A DNA stretch of 64,000 nt, from IMG/VR virus record IMGVR_UViG_3300016471_001002, positions 32,001 through 96,000 of that record. One strand, written 5' to 3'. Within the stretch, counting starts at the first letter, position 1. Each line of letters starts with the position of its first letter. A model generated the notes under the pieces. That model did no database searches. It had not been told where the DNA came from and saw only the letters and a program-made list of their open reading frames with translations. A program made the translations under genes and the position numbers. Positions 10,325 through 20,472 of this stretch are shown one piece after another. This DNA comes from a virus (Duplodnaviria > Caudoviricetes).

Positions 10325-11191
10325 ATGTCAGATCAGAGAGAAATTAAGAATTCAGTTTTTACTCCCAATACACCCGGCGGAGTTGATCCACGCATCACAT
10401 CTATGTCACAAGCTGAAGCTGTAAAAACAGAGTTTGGTCTTGATATTCCTACCGAGTTAGTTCCTCTTCCTTCAAATGGAAAAGTTTATCCTCCAACTTC
10501 AACTCTTCATGGCAGAGAGACTGTTGAGATTCGTCCAATGACAGCAAGAGAAGAAGATATTTTGACGAGCCGAGCTCTTTTAAAGAAAGGCACCGTTGTA
10601 ACAGAGCTGATTAAGTCTTGCCTTGTTGATAAATCAATCAATACTTTGGATCTTCTTGCTGGAGATAGAAATGCATTGATGGTCGCTGTTAGAATCACTG
10701 GATACGGTGCAGAGTACACTGCTGAAACAACATGCGGAGAATGCGATGCAAAGAGCCAGCAGATGTTTAATCTCGCAGAGTTGCCGATTAAACGTCTTGA
10801 AATTGATCCAGTCGCTGAGGGTCAAAACCTATTTGAGTTCGTTCTTCCTCACACGAAGAAGAAGGTAAAGTTCAAATTTACGACCGGCAGAGATGAAGAA
10901 GAGCTTTCAGTAACGCAAGAAAAGCAAAAGAAACTCGGTCTAAAGACAGACACAACAGTGACGACGGCATTGCAACAATCTATTGTGTCTGTTGACAACG
11001 TTGAGGATAGAGCAAAGATTAATAACTTTATTAAGATGATGCCAGCAAGAGATTCTTTAGCTCTTAGAAATTACATTCGACAAAATGAGCCAGGATTGAC
11101 CATGAAGCAAGAGATGACATGTCCAGAGTGTGGTCACTCTGAGGAGGTGAACATGCCGCTCGGAGTTAGCTTTCTTTGGCCTACGTCCTGA
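10325..11191 (+). CDS. Tail assembly chaperone / baseplate hub assembly protein (T4 gp26-like)
   Basis: LPSNGKVY, IRPMTAREEDIL, two CxxC pairs, ends FLWPTS; located between tube and tape measure. Confidence 0.7.
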   Translation: MSDQREIKNSVFTPNTPGGVDPRITSMSQAEAVKTEFGLDIPTELVPLPSNGKVYPPTSTLHGRETVEIRPMTAREEDILTSRALLKKGTVVTELIKSCLVDKSINTLDLLAGDRNALMVAVRITGYGAEYTAETTCGECDAKSQQMFNLAELPIKRLEIDPVAEGQNLFEFVLPHTKKKVKFKFTTGRDEEELSVTQEKQKKLGLKTDTTVTTALQQSIVSVDNVEDRAKINNFIKMMPARDSLALRNYIRQNEPGLTMKQEMTCPECGHSEEVNMPLGVSFLWPTS

Positions 11192-11444
11192 AGATAAAGC
11201 AGACATAATCCTAGAGCCAATCTTCTTGCTCATGTATTATGGAGGCTTCACTTATAAAGAAGCCTACAATATGCCTGTGTCTCATAAACAGTGGTTTATT
11301 CAAAGAATAAGTAAGGAATTATCTAGAACTAGTGAAGAAGGACACACGCAATCAAGAGCGCTTCACGATAATCCCCCAGACGTTCGGGCATTATCAGGAC
11401 ATACCCGAACAGAGACACCTTCTAGACTCAGGAGATTTTCTTGA
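11175..11444 (+). CDS. Probable frameshift extension of the tail chaperone (GT-type); ORF track start 11226
   Basis: +1 frame is open from 11151 and reads FGLRPEDKADIILEPIFLLMYYGGF.. across the upstream stop; no good SD for ATG 11226. Confidence 0.55.
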   Translation, partial: FGLRPEDKADIILEPIFLLMYYGGFTYKEAYNMPVSHKQWFIQRISKELSRTSEEGHTQSRALHDNPPDVRALSGHTRTETPSRLRRFS

Positions 11445-11459
11445 CTTATTTTAACTAAT

Positions 11460-11801
11460 TTGGCATATCTTCTTTTTAATTGTGTAGATATATGCATGGT
11501 GAACTGCAAGAAGAACTTAAAAATTTCTCTCATCGACCTCAAGGGAAATTTAAATGCTCAAAAATCGTTATTCGAGTCAGTGGCACGTTGGATGTCAGCC
11601 GATGAGACGATGGGTCTTGAACTTATTGGAACAGAAGAGCAAATTTTCGTGGTAAAAAATGCCATGCTTGAAACCAAGCGTTTTCAAGATGCTCTTTTTA
11701 ATGAGGGTGCTACATTAGAGAATGTTTTGAATAAACTAGAAGCAAAACATTCAGCAGCTAATTCTTTCACCAGTTTTTTCGGAATGAAGTGGGTCTTTTG
11801 A
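11460..11801 (+). CDS. Hypothetical protein (start may be ATG 11496)
   Basis: ORF filling the gap before the tape measure gene. Confidence 0.55.
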   Translation: MAYLLFNCVDICMVNCKKNLKISLIDLKGNLNAQKSLFESVARWMSADETMGLELIGTEEQIFVVKNAMLETKRFQDALFNEGATLENVLNKLEAKHSAANSFTSFFGMKWVF

Positions 11802-11816
11802 CTTAGGTGATTTTAA

Positions 11817-14800
11817 ATGGCTGAAGAAACTAAAAAATCTAAAGGATCATCTAAAAGCGCGAAAGAAGCTCAAGAGCTGGTAGGCATTTTTGCTGAACTT
11901 GCGAAAAGCATGGAGTCTTTTTCTCAACAAAGTTCAGCAAGCTTATTGATGATAGATGAATCGATGAAAAAGTTTTCCACCACTGGAAAAGAAACATTAG
12001 AGCAATTTAAAGAACGTTCATTTCAGGCAGCAAAAAACCTCGAGGAATTAAATTCATCTTCTAATTCAAGTTCTCAAGGAATTGGAAAATTGACAGATTC
12101 GATGAAGGATCTAGCAAAAGCTGAAGAAAAAGCTAGCAAAGAAGCTGGATTCAAAAAAGGTGGCGACGGTAAGAACAACATCTTCGAGCAGATGGGCAAA
12201 TCGTCGAAGGTCGCCAAGCTAGGTGTCATAGCTCTCGGCGGAGCCTTTAGTTTGTTAGGAAAAGCCATAAAAGGAATTACTTCTATCGTCGGAACCGTGT
12301 TTGATCTTATTGGATCAGGTCTTGGTATGATCAAGTCGTTCATCGGCGGAATCATCGATTTTGTAGGCGACACTTTTAGCGCGCTTGCAGAACAATCTAA
12401 CACGATGAAAGATCGAATGTTTGAGCAAGCTGTCGCTCTAGAAAAGGTTAAAGAAACATTCGGTGATACCTCCAAGGGCGCAGGAAAAGCCATGCTCGAT
12501 TTTACGGCAACCGCTGTTGGCATGTATAGTCCCACTGCTCTGCGACAAATATTCGGAAGCGCTGCTGAAGCAGGCGAATATGCTTTAAATCTCCTTAACG
12601 CCGGCGCAGAATCGTCGATTCTTTTAAGAGACCAAATAAAAGAAAACGCAAAAGAAATCATCGTGTTTAGCAAAGCAATAGGCATGACCGTAGATGAATT
12701 TGAAGCGATGAAATTAAATGCTATCGCGACAGGTCAAAGTGTCGTTGATATGCAAAAAGACATACTCAAATATTCTCAAGGATTCGCAAAACGCTTGGGT
12801 CTTGATGCAAAACTTCTTGCAAAAAATGTTTTAATTGCTCAAAAAGACGTTAAACACTTCGCAAATGTTACGATTAAAGAGATGACTCAAGCTGCTGCTT
12901 ATGCAAATAAGTTGGGTCTTTCATTGGAAAAAATAACGGGCATCATGGATGCGTTCGATACGTTTGAAACTGCAGCTAATAACGTTTCTAAGCTATCTCA
13001 AGCTTTCGGTGTCAACTTGGACACAATGAAGCTATTAGAAGCAAATACTCCTGATGAGCAATTAGCACAAATAAAAGATGCATTCAATGCCGCAGGAAAA
13101 TCTGCTGCTAACATGAATCGCCATGAGCTTTCATTGATTGCATCAATGCTTCATCTTGATGAAGCGACTGTTAAAGCCGCTCTATCTGCAGAAAATCAGG
13201 GAGCTTCTCTTGAAGACATAAAAGATGCCGGAAGCACGATGGAGAAGCAAATGTTATCCACTTCTCAAGCCATGAAGACTTCTATGGATGAAATTGCGAT
13301 GAGCTTAAAGAAGCTTGAAAGAAATTCAACAGGTTTCTTTGATGCATTCCTCGATGGTTTAGCTGAAGGCGTTATTGAATCTGGGCCCATGAAAGGTCTT
13401 CTTGCAAATCTTGCACAAGCTTTAGACACAGTGTTTTTGATGGGTAGAAAGCTAGGAGACATCATCGTCAAGACGTTCCCTGGAATCAAAGACATGCTTG
13501 CAGGATTGGCAGGATTCTTTGATCCCAAGAAGATAGGAGATATGTTTGGTGGATTTAATAGAGTTTTTGAAAAGTTTTTTAAAAATCTCCAGAACGGTAC
13601 CGGCAATGTAAAAGATCTTTTTGGAGATTTATTTAATGAGATCAAAAGCTATTTTTCTAGCCAAGGGTCCAATGGTCAAAAGTTTTTAAGTGGCGCATCC
13701 GACTTTTGGAATGCAATTAAACAAATTATAGCGACTGCGATCCTTGGAATTGGCGAATTGATTGCAGATGGATTATCATTCATTGCAGATTTGCTGGAAG
13801 GGAAAAAGACGTTGAACACCGGTGGCCTTGCAGCCGCGGCCGGCAAAGGAGTTGATAAACTTAAAAAAGAGTTTTCTCCAATTGGAGAAGCATTTACAAA
13901 ATCTTTTGAAAAAATAGGTCCACAGTTTAATAGGATTTTTGATCAAATAAGTCAAAGATTAGATGCATGGTGGCAAAAGACGAAACGACAAATTTCAGAT
14001 TGGTGGGAAAAATTTGACTTGCTTGATGCTATAATGAAAAACCCTGGTACTGCTACTGTACTTACGTTTTTAATAGGAGGAAAAGTTTTAGATGCAGCTG
14101 GTACAATAGCAAATATTGCTTCTGTAGTTGGAAAAGGATTATCTGCAGCCGCTGAAGGTAGCGGCGGACTTATAAGTAAACTTGCTTCAGGGTTTGGAAA
14201 AGCAGGGCCTATAGGTTTAGCGGCAGTCGGATTAGCAGCAATTATTTATGAATCATTTTCAGCTGCATCAAAATTTTTAGGAGACCCCTCAAGACATAAA
14301 AGTGAAGCTGAAGACTTTGATAAATCTATAAAAAGATTACAAGAATTAAAAAAAGAAGGCAAAACTTCAGAAGCTGCTGATCTTGCTAGAGAATTAAAAG
14401 AAAAACAATTAAAAGTTATACAATCAGAAAAGATTACAGGAATAGATGCCTTATTTTCTGGTGAACAATTAACTTCATTGGGAGAATCAGCAAAGGCTCG
14501 AGCTGATGCGATCGATAAAGAATTAATCGGTTTAATAGGTTCGGGATCTAAAACTAAAATAAAAGAAGCCGCTGATACAGCTGCACAAGAATTTGGTAAA
14601 ACTTTACAATCAGCATATACTGAAGAACTTACCGACATAGGATTAGGGGGCGTCAAACCAGAAAATTTAACTGAACAGTTAAATCAATTTTTAATTGAAA
14701 CTGAACGCGAATTTAATGCTGCAATGAAAGAAAGCAACCTCTCCGAGGCCAAATCAGGATCGGGAGCTAGCTTTGGTAAACTCGGAGATTTGCCTATTGA

Positions 14801-16187
14801 ACAACAGATGGAAAATGTGATGCATGGCGCCCTCGCCGGGAATTTTAAACACCTTTCCACGGAACTTCAAACAAAATTAGCTTACTACGAAAAATTTAAA
14901 GGTGGAGAACGAGACAAAGTAAAGCAGTTAATTTCAGACCAACGAAATGCTGATAGAGAATTTAACAAATCGATCGTAGAAGAACAAAAAGCAGAAGAAG
15001 AAAGAGCAAGTCGAGAAGCCGGTAAAAAAATGATGGAAGAAGCAGCGGCTGTAATAGGTCCTACAACTGTTGACAACGTTGAAGAAAGAATAAAGAAGAT
15101 TCAAGAGATTGGTGCAAAAGTTGCAGGAGGAAAAGAAGAGTTCAATAAGAACATGGAGACTTTGAGAAAAAATTTATCTGAGATGAATTTTTCTTTATTT
15201 GACAAATCAGAAGACAGAGACAAGTTTGCAAAAATGTTAGGTGATTCTACAGCTATAAGTGCATTCTTAGGAGCCATGGATAAAGTTTTCGTTGGAATTC
15301 AAGCTTTTGGAGACAAAGCTATCGGAATAGGAAGTGTCGCTGATTCAAGCTCAATTATGGGAAGATTTGCTACGGGAATGCAATATCTGAGTGCAGCAAG
15401 TCAATCTATTAAAATAATGTTTGCTGGAGGTCCTCTAGATAATGGACAAACAACAAAAGGATTAGTCAAGGGACTAGAAGAACGTGCCGTTCATGCAGAC
15501 ATTGCAAATGCAACAAACAATCTTAATTTGTTAGAAGCTTCTTTATATCTTCTTGCAGATTCTATCGATAACGTTGGCGCTGATATTGAAAAAATGAAGC
15601 TTGAAAAGATCGTTAGCTCTGAAACGTGGTCAAATTTATCTACATTAGGAATTTTATTAGGATCTACTTTAACAAATGAAGGTGGCCAAAAAGGATTAGT
15701 CGACTTGTTAGGAACCCCAGCTGATTTAACTTCGACGAGCGATGCAGTTACGAAGTGGTCCGATCAAGCTTCCAAGATATTCGACGCTTTAGGCGAATCG
15801 CTAAAGAAGATGGATGAGAAGCTTGGTTCAGTTGAAGCCATAAAGAGCAAGATTCAATCGATTAGCGAATTGCGTCAACAGCTTGATAACGCAATGGAAT
15901 CGTTACAGACTGAACAAAAAATAACTGTTCCATATTCTCCTAGTGGTACAGGGGTTACTGCTGCTCAACCTACCCCAAGCAGAATACAAAGTGGCGGAAC
16001 TCAAATAACATTAAAGTTTGATATTGTTATGGATTCAAAGTCATTAGAAAAGACTTTGGTTACAAGATCTGATTCTATCGTCGTAAAAGCCTTGACTGGT
16101 TTGGCAGAAGGAACGAATAAGACGGTAGTAGCATACCCAGGAAACGAAATTGCAGTTGCAACTTCATCAAAATCAGGAAGTCCGTAA
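11817..16187 (+). CDS. Tape measure protein
   Basis: 1456 aa, Ala/Gly/Lys-rich, predicted helical, hydrophobic Gly-rich segments; canonical position after tube and chaperones. Confidence 0.8.
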   Translation: MAEETKKSKGSSKSAKEAQELVGIFAELAKSMESFSQQSSASLLMIDESMKKFSTTGKETLEQFKERSFQAAKNLEELNSSSNSSSQGIGKLTDSMKDLAKAEEKASKEAGFKKGGDGKNNIFEQMGKSSKVAKLGVIALGGAFSLLGKAIKGITSIVGTVFDLIGSGLGMIKSFIGGIIDFVGDTFSALAEQSNTMKDRMFEQAVALEKVKETFGDTSKGAGKAMLDFTATAVGMYSPTALRQIFGSAAEAGEYALNLLNAGAESSILLRDQIKENAKEIIVFSKAIGMTVDEFEAMKLNAIATGQSVVDMQKDILKYSQGFAKRLGLDAKLLAKNVLIAQKDVKHFANVTIKEMTQAAAYANKLGLSLEKITGIMDAFDTFETAANNVSKLSQAFGVNLDTMKLLEANTPDEQLAQIKDAFNAAGKSAANMNRHELSLIASMLHLDEATVKAALSAENQGASLEDIKDAGSTMEKQMLSTSQAMKTSMDEIAMSLKKLERNSTGFFDAFLDGLAEGVIESGPMKGLLANLAQALDTVFLMGRKLGDIIVKTFPGIKDMLAGLAGFFDPKKIGDMFGGFNRVFEKFFKNLQNGTGNVKDLFGDLFNEIKSYFSSQGSNGQKFLSGASDFWNAIKQIIATAILGIGELIADGLSFIADLLEGKKTLNTGGLAAAAGKGVDKLKKEFSPIGEAFTKSFEKIGPQFNRIFDQISQRLDAWWQKTKRQISDWWEKFDLLDAIMKNPGTATVLTFLIGGKVLDAAGTIANIASVVGKGLSAAAEGSGGLISKLASGFGKAGPIGLAAVGLAAIIYESFSAASKFLGDPSRHKSEAEDFDKSIKRLQELKKEGKTSEAADLARELKEKQLKVIQSEKITGIDALFSGEQLTSLGESAKARADAIDKELIGLIGSGSKTKIKEAADTAAQEFGKTLQSAYTEELTDIGLGGVKPENLTEQLNQFLIETEREFNAAMKESNLSEAKSGSGASFGKLGDLPIEQQMENVMHGALAGNFKHLSTELQTKLAYYEKFKGGERDKVKQLISDQRNADREFNKSIVEEQKAEEERASREAGKKMMEEAAAVIGPTTVDNVEERIKKIQEIGAKVAGGKEEFNKNMETLRKNLSEMNFSLFDKSEDRDKFAKMLGDSTAISAFLGAMDKVFVGIQAFGDKAIGIGSVADSSSIMGRFATGMQYLSAASQSIKIMFAGGPLDNGQTTKGLVKGLEERAVHADIANATNNLNLLEASLYLLADSIDNVGADIEKMKLEKIVSSETWSNLSTLGILLGSTLTNEGGQKGLVDLLGTPADLTSTSDAVTKWSDQASKIFDALGESLKKMDEKLGSVEAIKSKIQSISELRQQLDNAMESLQTEQKITVPYSPSGTGVTAAQPTPSRIQSGGTQITLKFDIVMDSKSLEKTLVTRSDSIVVKALTGLAEGTNKTVVAYPGNEIAVATSSKSGSP

Positions 16188-16190
16188 TAA

Positions 16191-16469
16191 ATGAAAATAC
16201 CAACGAAACAAGAATATTTTAAAATGATACGTTCAAACCCAGAATATCTTTCTTTGTTAAAGAAGATACCTGAAGCAGATGAACGAAGAAAAGCGATTCA
16301 TACAGTTGAATACATTGCAGGAAGTATATTTGATGCGTTGTTGATGATTAGCGCTGGTGCAAGCAAAAACCCTGAAGCTTCAGAAAAAATATCAGCGGCA
16401 ATGAAAACAGGCGATGGCATAATTAAAGAAAACGATGGTTCACCCATTGTGCAAGATAAAAAGAAATAG
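16191..16469 (+). CDS. Hypothetical protein
   Basis: 92-aa ORF tightly coupled to flanking genes. Confidence 0.6.
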   Translation: MKIPTKQEYFKMIRSNPEYLSLLKKIPEADERRKAIHTVEYIAGSIFDALLMISAGASKNPEASEKISAAMKTGDGIIKENDGSPIVQDKKK

Positions 16470-16478
16470 TAGGATTAA

Positions 16479-19400
16479 ATGTCAGGAATTAAGACAGGAA
16501 ATAAGGGATTCGTAAATCCAGTTGATGGTAAGGTTTACACCGTTGATCCTGTTTTGAATGGTGAAGATGGCATAAATTCAAACCCTCAAGATTTAAAAAC
16601 TTATGATCCTGGCGACATGAATGTCGACAAGAGCGTAAAAGATATTGGAAAATCTACACGAATCACGCTCGGAACATATCTTTCTAAATCCACGAAAGGT
16701 GAAGTTTCGCCGTATACGAACGTTCCAAACAAATATTCAATTGATCCTTCTACTGATTCTTCATCGTTATTATCTCTTACAGATAATGGTTATCCTGTTT
16801 CACCTAGCCCTACAGGAAATTCTGAAAAATTTGACGGTAATTTACCATCGTCATTTTCTGAAAATTTTGCTGTATTAAACCAGGATAGTAAGAAGATAAA
16901 CAAAGGATTGTCGTCCGATTCAGCACCAGATGGACATACATTATTACCGACCGCGGCAGAAAAAGCTCCCGCTGGTGGAGCATACATAAAAAACGCTAAT
17001 TTGCTTAATGATCCTATATCAACTTACACGAAAGAAGTTGTTACAGATAACTCATTCAATCCTTATAACTTTTCATTTTTACCTCCTGAAATTGATGCAA
17101 TTTCCCCGCCAAAGGAATTTCAACCTTCAATTAATGTCGGAGAAACTTTAGGCAATTATTCAGATGAAGGCGCTTCAAAATCAAAATGGAACTTAGAACA
17201 ATTACGATCGAAAGCGTCTGAAATAACTCAAGAAAACAAATATTCAGTAGACCCTCCCATTGAGGGACAAGTTTTAATTTCTACAAATGATCCCGTAACA
17301 TCCAGACCATCTCCACTGTCTAATGGCAATGTAGACTCATATGCTCCTAGAGAAGCAATAAGGCCTTTATCTCGTGATCCTAGCATCAAGAATTTTTCAA
17401 AAGGAAAAGAGTCGCAAGAATTAAATGATGGTAATACTCTCCTAAGATTAGGAATACCAGGAAGCAATTCACCAGAAGACCCAGGAATTACACAACTTAA
17501 TCCTCTCTATGATTACGTCGGAGGCAGAGGCTCTTCTATTCTTAATGTAGGAAATAATAGGTTTGCAGCTTCTTCTCGTCCCGAAGCTGGATTCAATCCA
17601 GCGTTGAAGTTGGCCGACGGCAGAGCTGTTTCACATTTAAAAATGGCTCAAGTTGGTACAGGATTATTACAAAGAGCAGCAGCTGAAATACCTGCATGGA
17701 CTGCAGATAAATTTAATCCTAATGGCCCCGAGGCCGCGTTAGGGTCAATTATCCCATCAGTTGCTCAACTTGGCATATTAAAAGTTGATAACATATTACT
17801 TGAAGCCAGAGATGTTCTTGAATCTTTAACGGGCGTTTCTCAATCTGAGGAAATTGATGATGAATCAGATGCATTGGCTGCTGGTTCATTGATGTCAATC
17901 TCACCGATTGATGGTCAATCATGGGGAACATTTACAACTCCAGATGAAATGTTTGACAGCCCTGGTAGCATAGGGTTTAACATTACGTTTTTTCTATTGA
18001 TGATTACGATCATTTTGGCTGTTTCTGCATTTTCAAATGTGGATAATACGCCTGTTAAAAAACGAAATGAAAAAGGACAACTCGCATTAGGAAAATTTCA
18101 GTTTTCCGAAGCAGGATTAGGCGTTTTTAACCTTGAAAATACGATGGGTATAAGAAGAACAAACAACACTTTTACAAAATGTGTTGGTGTAGGAATAAGA
18201 TCATTTTTCTTAGGGGCTTCAAATGCAGAAGTATCCGAAGGTCAATTGGTTGCAGCAGCAGCAGGTATCGGTGCAGATTCTTTAATCGGAGAAGGATCAG
18301 CTGTCGGGGCAAATCTTGTTATCATGAGAACAATTTTAAGATCTGGATTTGTCATAGCTCAATTTATAGATAGAATATCAAAGGCTGCATCTCAAAATCC
18401 GGCCGCGGCCCTTTCTGCAGCAACGGGTATACAAAGCATATTTAGATCTTCAAAGTTAATTGCTGCCATCAACGTATTTGCTCAGTTAGGCGATGCATTG
18501 ATAGACAGGCAACAAAAACAAGTCTTAGACGCAGAAGGAAAACCTTTAAATACTCCTTCGTATGGAATGGATTCGCAAGATCCAAATTCTAGTCATTCAA
18601 CTGTTACAAAAAATAGATTGTCTTTTTATGACTCAGATCCAGCAACTAAAAAGACTTCTTTTAACTATAGCAGCCAATTAGCATGGGCCTTGAAGCGTGC
18701 CCCATCACGATATCTCATTCCTGCAAATATTGCTGGATTGCAAAAGCGTTCTAATTTGACCCCAGGTGCCCCATTAAATGCGTTTGCGGGAGCTTTAGCG
18801 TTATCTCAACCAATTAAAGATGATAAATTTTCATCAAACAAAACATTAAACAGCGTAACTACAGGAAGAATAGATGGAAAGCTAAGAGAAGATTTAGAAA
18901 ATATTTTAGATGCAGAGTATGTTCCATTTTATTTTCATGATATAAGAACAAATGAAATAGTTTCTTTTCACGCGTTTTTGACGTCATTGAGTGATGATTA
19001 CAACGTGTCTTATGAATCAGTAGAAGGTTTCGGTAGAGTAGAACCAGTTAAAATATATAAAGGAACTCAAAGAAAAATTGGACTTAGCTTTACAGTTGCA
19101 GCTACAAGCGAAGATGATTTTCAACACATGTGGTTTAAAATTAACAAATTAATCACATTAGCATATCCACAATACACCGCTGGTAGAGATTTAGTCGGAT
19201 CAAATTATCAATTCAAGGCTCCGTTTAGTCAAATGATAGGAGCATCTCCTCTAATCAGAATTAGATTAGGAGATTTATTACGCTCAAATTATTCAAGATT
19301 TGCTCTGGCAAGACTTTTTGGTGCGACTGACGGCAATATGGAAATACCAAATTCTGACGGAAGCACAATCAAACTCGAGTCTAAAAACTTAACGGATGCC

Positions 19401-20144
19401 GAAGAAAAAAAAGCTAGACAAAAAAGAAATGAATTAAAGAACCAACTTTACTTTATAAAGCCTGGTAGTGATGACGATAATGGAATAACTGATCAATTTA
19501 TAGGAAAAACTGTAACAATTAATACAAAATCATACCCTGATGTTAATGCGTCGACGACTCTTCCCGTGAATGCACGTGCAGAAAGAATTACTAACGCTAA
19601 TTCAGGATTTAACGGAAGATTAGGCGAAGCAAAAATAATTGGTAAAGAAACAGGTGGATATTATAGAGTAGGAGTTGATTTATATAAGGGACAAGATATT
19701 GATCCTGCAGCTGAAGCCTTTTTCACGGAAGCACCACCGGCTGTTAAAATTGGAAGCGTCACATTCCCAGTCTATAAAACTGCATTAAATTTAACTGAAC
19801 AATCTTTAAACGAGCTTGTTGGGATAGATCCAAAAGCTGTAGATCCGCAAAAAGCTCATGATGCGTTAGCAGGATTCATGAATCCCGACACAAACATAAT
19901 TGTTAAATCTTTCGAGTCAGCAGGCGGTAAAGGATTGGCTGGGGTCATCGAGTCGATAAACTTTGATTGGTATAACCAGGCGACATGGGAAGTTTTACCT
20001 GGGCACACTGCCCCTAAGATGTGTAAAGTTACAATATCATTTGCACCAATTCATGATATCACCCCTGGTATTGATCATACGGGTTATAATAGAGCACCAA
20101 TATACCCTGTTGGAAACGCCATGAATGACAATAAAGCAACATAA
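16479..20144 (+). CDS. Large tail/baseplate protein with tube-initiator-like domain
   Basis: YVPFYFHDIRTNE..FHAFLTSLSDDY..GFGRVEPVKIYKGTQRKIGLSF resembles tube-initiator domains; follows the tape measure gene. Confidence 0.55.
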   Translation: MSGIKTGNKGFVNPVDGKVYTVDPVLNGEDGINSNPQDLKTYDPGDMNVDKSVKDIGKSTRITLGTYLSKSTKGEVSPYTNVPNKYSIDPSTDSSSLLSLTDNGYPVSPSPTGNSEKFDGNLPSSFSENFAVLNQDSKKINKGLSSDSAPDGHTLLPTAAEKAPAGGAYIKNANLLNDPISTYTKEVVTDNSFNPYNFSFLPPEIDAISPPKEFQPSINVGETLGNYSDEGASKSKWNLEQLRSKASEITQENKYSVDPPIEGQVLISTNDPVTSRPSPLSNGNVDSYAPREAIRPLSRDPSIKNFSKGKESQELNDGNTLLRLGIPGSNSPEDPGITQLNPLYDYVGGRGSSILNVGNNRFAASSRPEAGFNPALKLADGRAVSHLKMAQVGTGLLQRAAAEIPAWTADKFNPNGPEAALGSIIPSVAQLGILKVDNILLEARDVLESLTGVSQSEEIDDESDALAAGSLMSISPIDGQSWGTFTTPDEMFDSPGSIGFNITFFLLMITIILAVSAFSNVDNTPVKKRNEKGQLALGKFQFSEAGLGVFNLENTMGIRRTNNTFTKCVGVGIRSFFLGASNAEVSEGQLVAAAAGIGADSLIGEGSAVGANLVIMRTILRSGFVIAQFIDRISKAASQNPAAALSAATGIQSIFRSSKLIAAINVFAQLGDALIDRQQKQVLDAEGKPLNTPSYGMDSQDPNSSHSTVTKNRLSFYDSDPATKKTSFNYSSQLAWALKRAPSRYLIPANIAGLQKRSNLTPGAPLNAFAGALALSQPIKDDKFSSNKTLNSVTTGRIDGKLREDLENILDAEYVPFYFHDIRTNEIVSFHAFLTSLSDDYNVSYESVEGFGRVEPVKIYKGTQRKIGLSFTVAATSEDDFQHMWFKINKLITLAYPQYTAGRDLVGSNYQFKAPFSQMIGASPLIRIRLGDLLRSNYSRFALARLFGATDGNMEIPNSDGSTIKLESKNLTDAEEKKARQKRNELKNQLYFIKPGSDDDNGITDQFIGKTVTINTKSYPDVNASTTLPVNARAERITNANSGFNGRLGEAKIIGKETGGYYRVGVDLYKGQDIDPAAEAFFTEAPPAVKIGSVTFPVYKTALNLTEQSLNELVGIDPKAVDPQKAHDALAGFMNPDTNIIVKSFESAGGKGLAGVIESINFDWYNQATWEVLPGHTAPKMCKVTISFAPIHDITPGIDHTGYNRAPIYPVGNAMNDNKAT

Positions 20145-20163
20145 TATCGGATGAAAATATTTT

Positions 20164-20463
20164 ATGGCAATATTCAGTCGTTATAGATCATCTCCAAAGC
20201 TTGGGTTTGGATTTCAATATGGAACTTCACGAGCAATCGCTGCAGTTCGAAATGCTGTTTCTGCTGGAATTGTTCCAATCATTCAAACTGTAACCCTAAC
20301 AGAAAATCAACGATTAGATCAACTTGCGGCTCTTTATTATAAAGATGCTAGGTTTTGGTGGGTATTAGCCGCAGCATCAGATATAGGATGGGGTCTTCAA
20401 GTTCCACCGGGCACAATAATAAATGTTCCGGATATTAATGCAGTCGCAGCAATAGTTACGTAA
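20164..20463 (+). CDS. LysM-like / tail protein X baseplate component
   Basis: RLDQLAALYYKDARFWWVLAAAS..VPPGTIINVP. Confidence 0.75.
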   Translation: MAIFSRYRSSPKLGFGFQYGTSRAIAAVRNAVSAGIVPIIQTVTLTENQRLDQLAALYYKDARFWWVLAAASDIGWGLQVPPGTIINVPDINAVAAIVT

Positions 20464-20472
20464 TAAGTTTAT

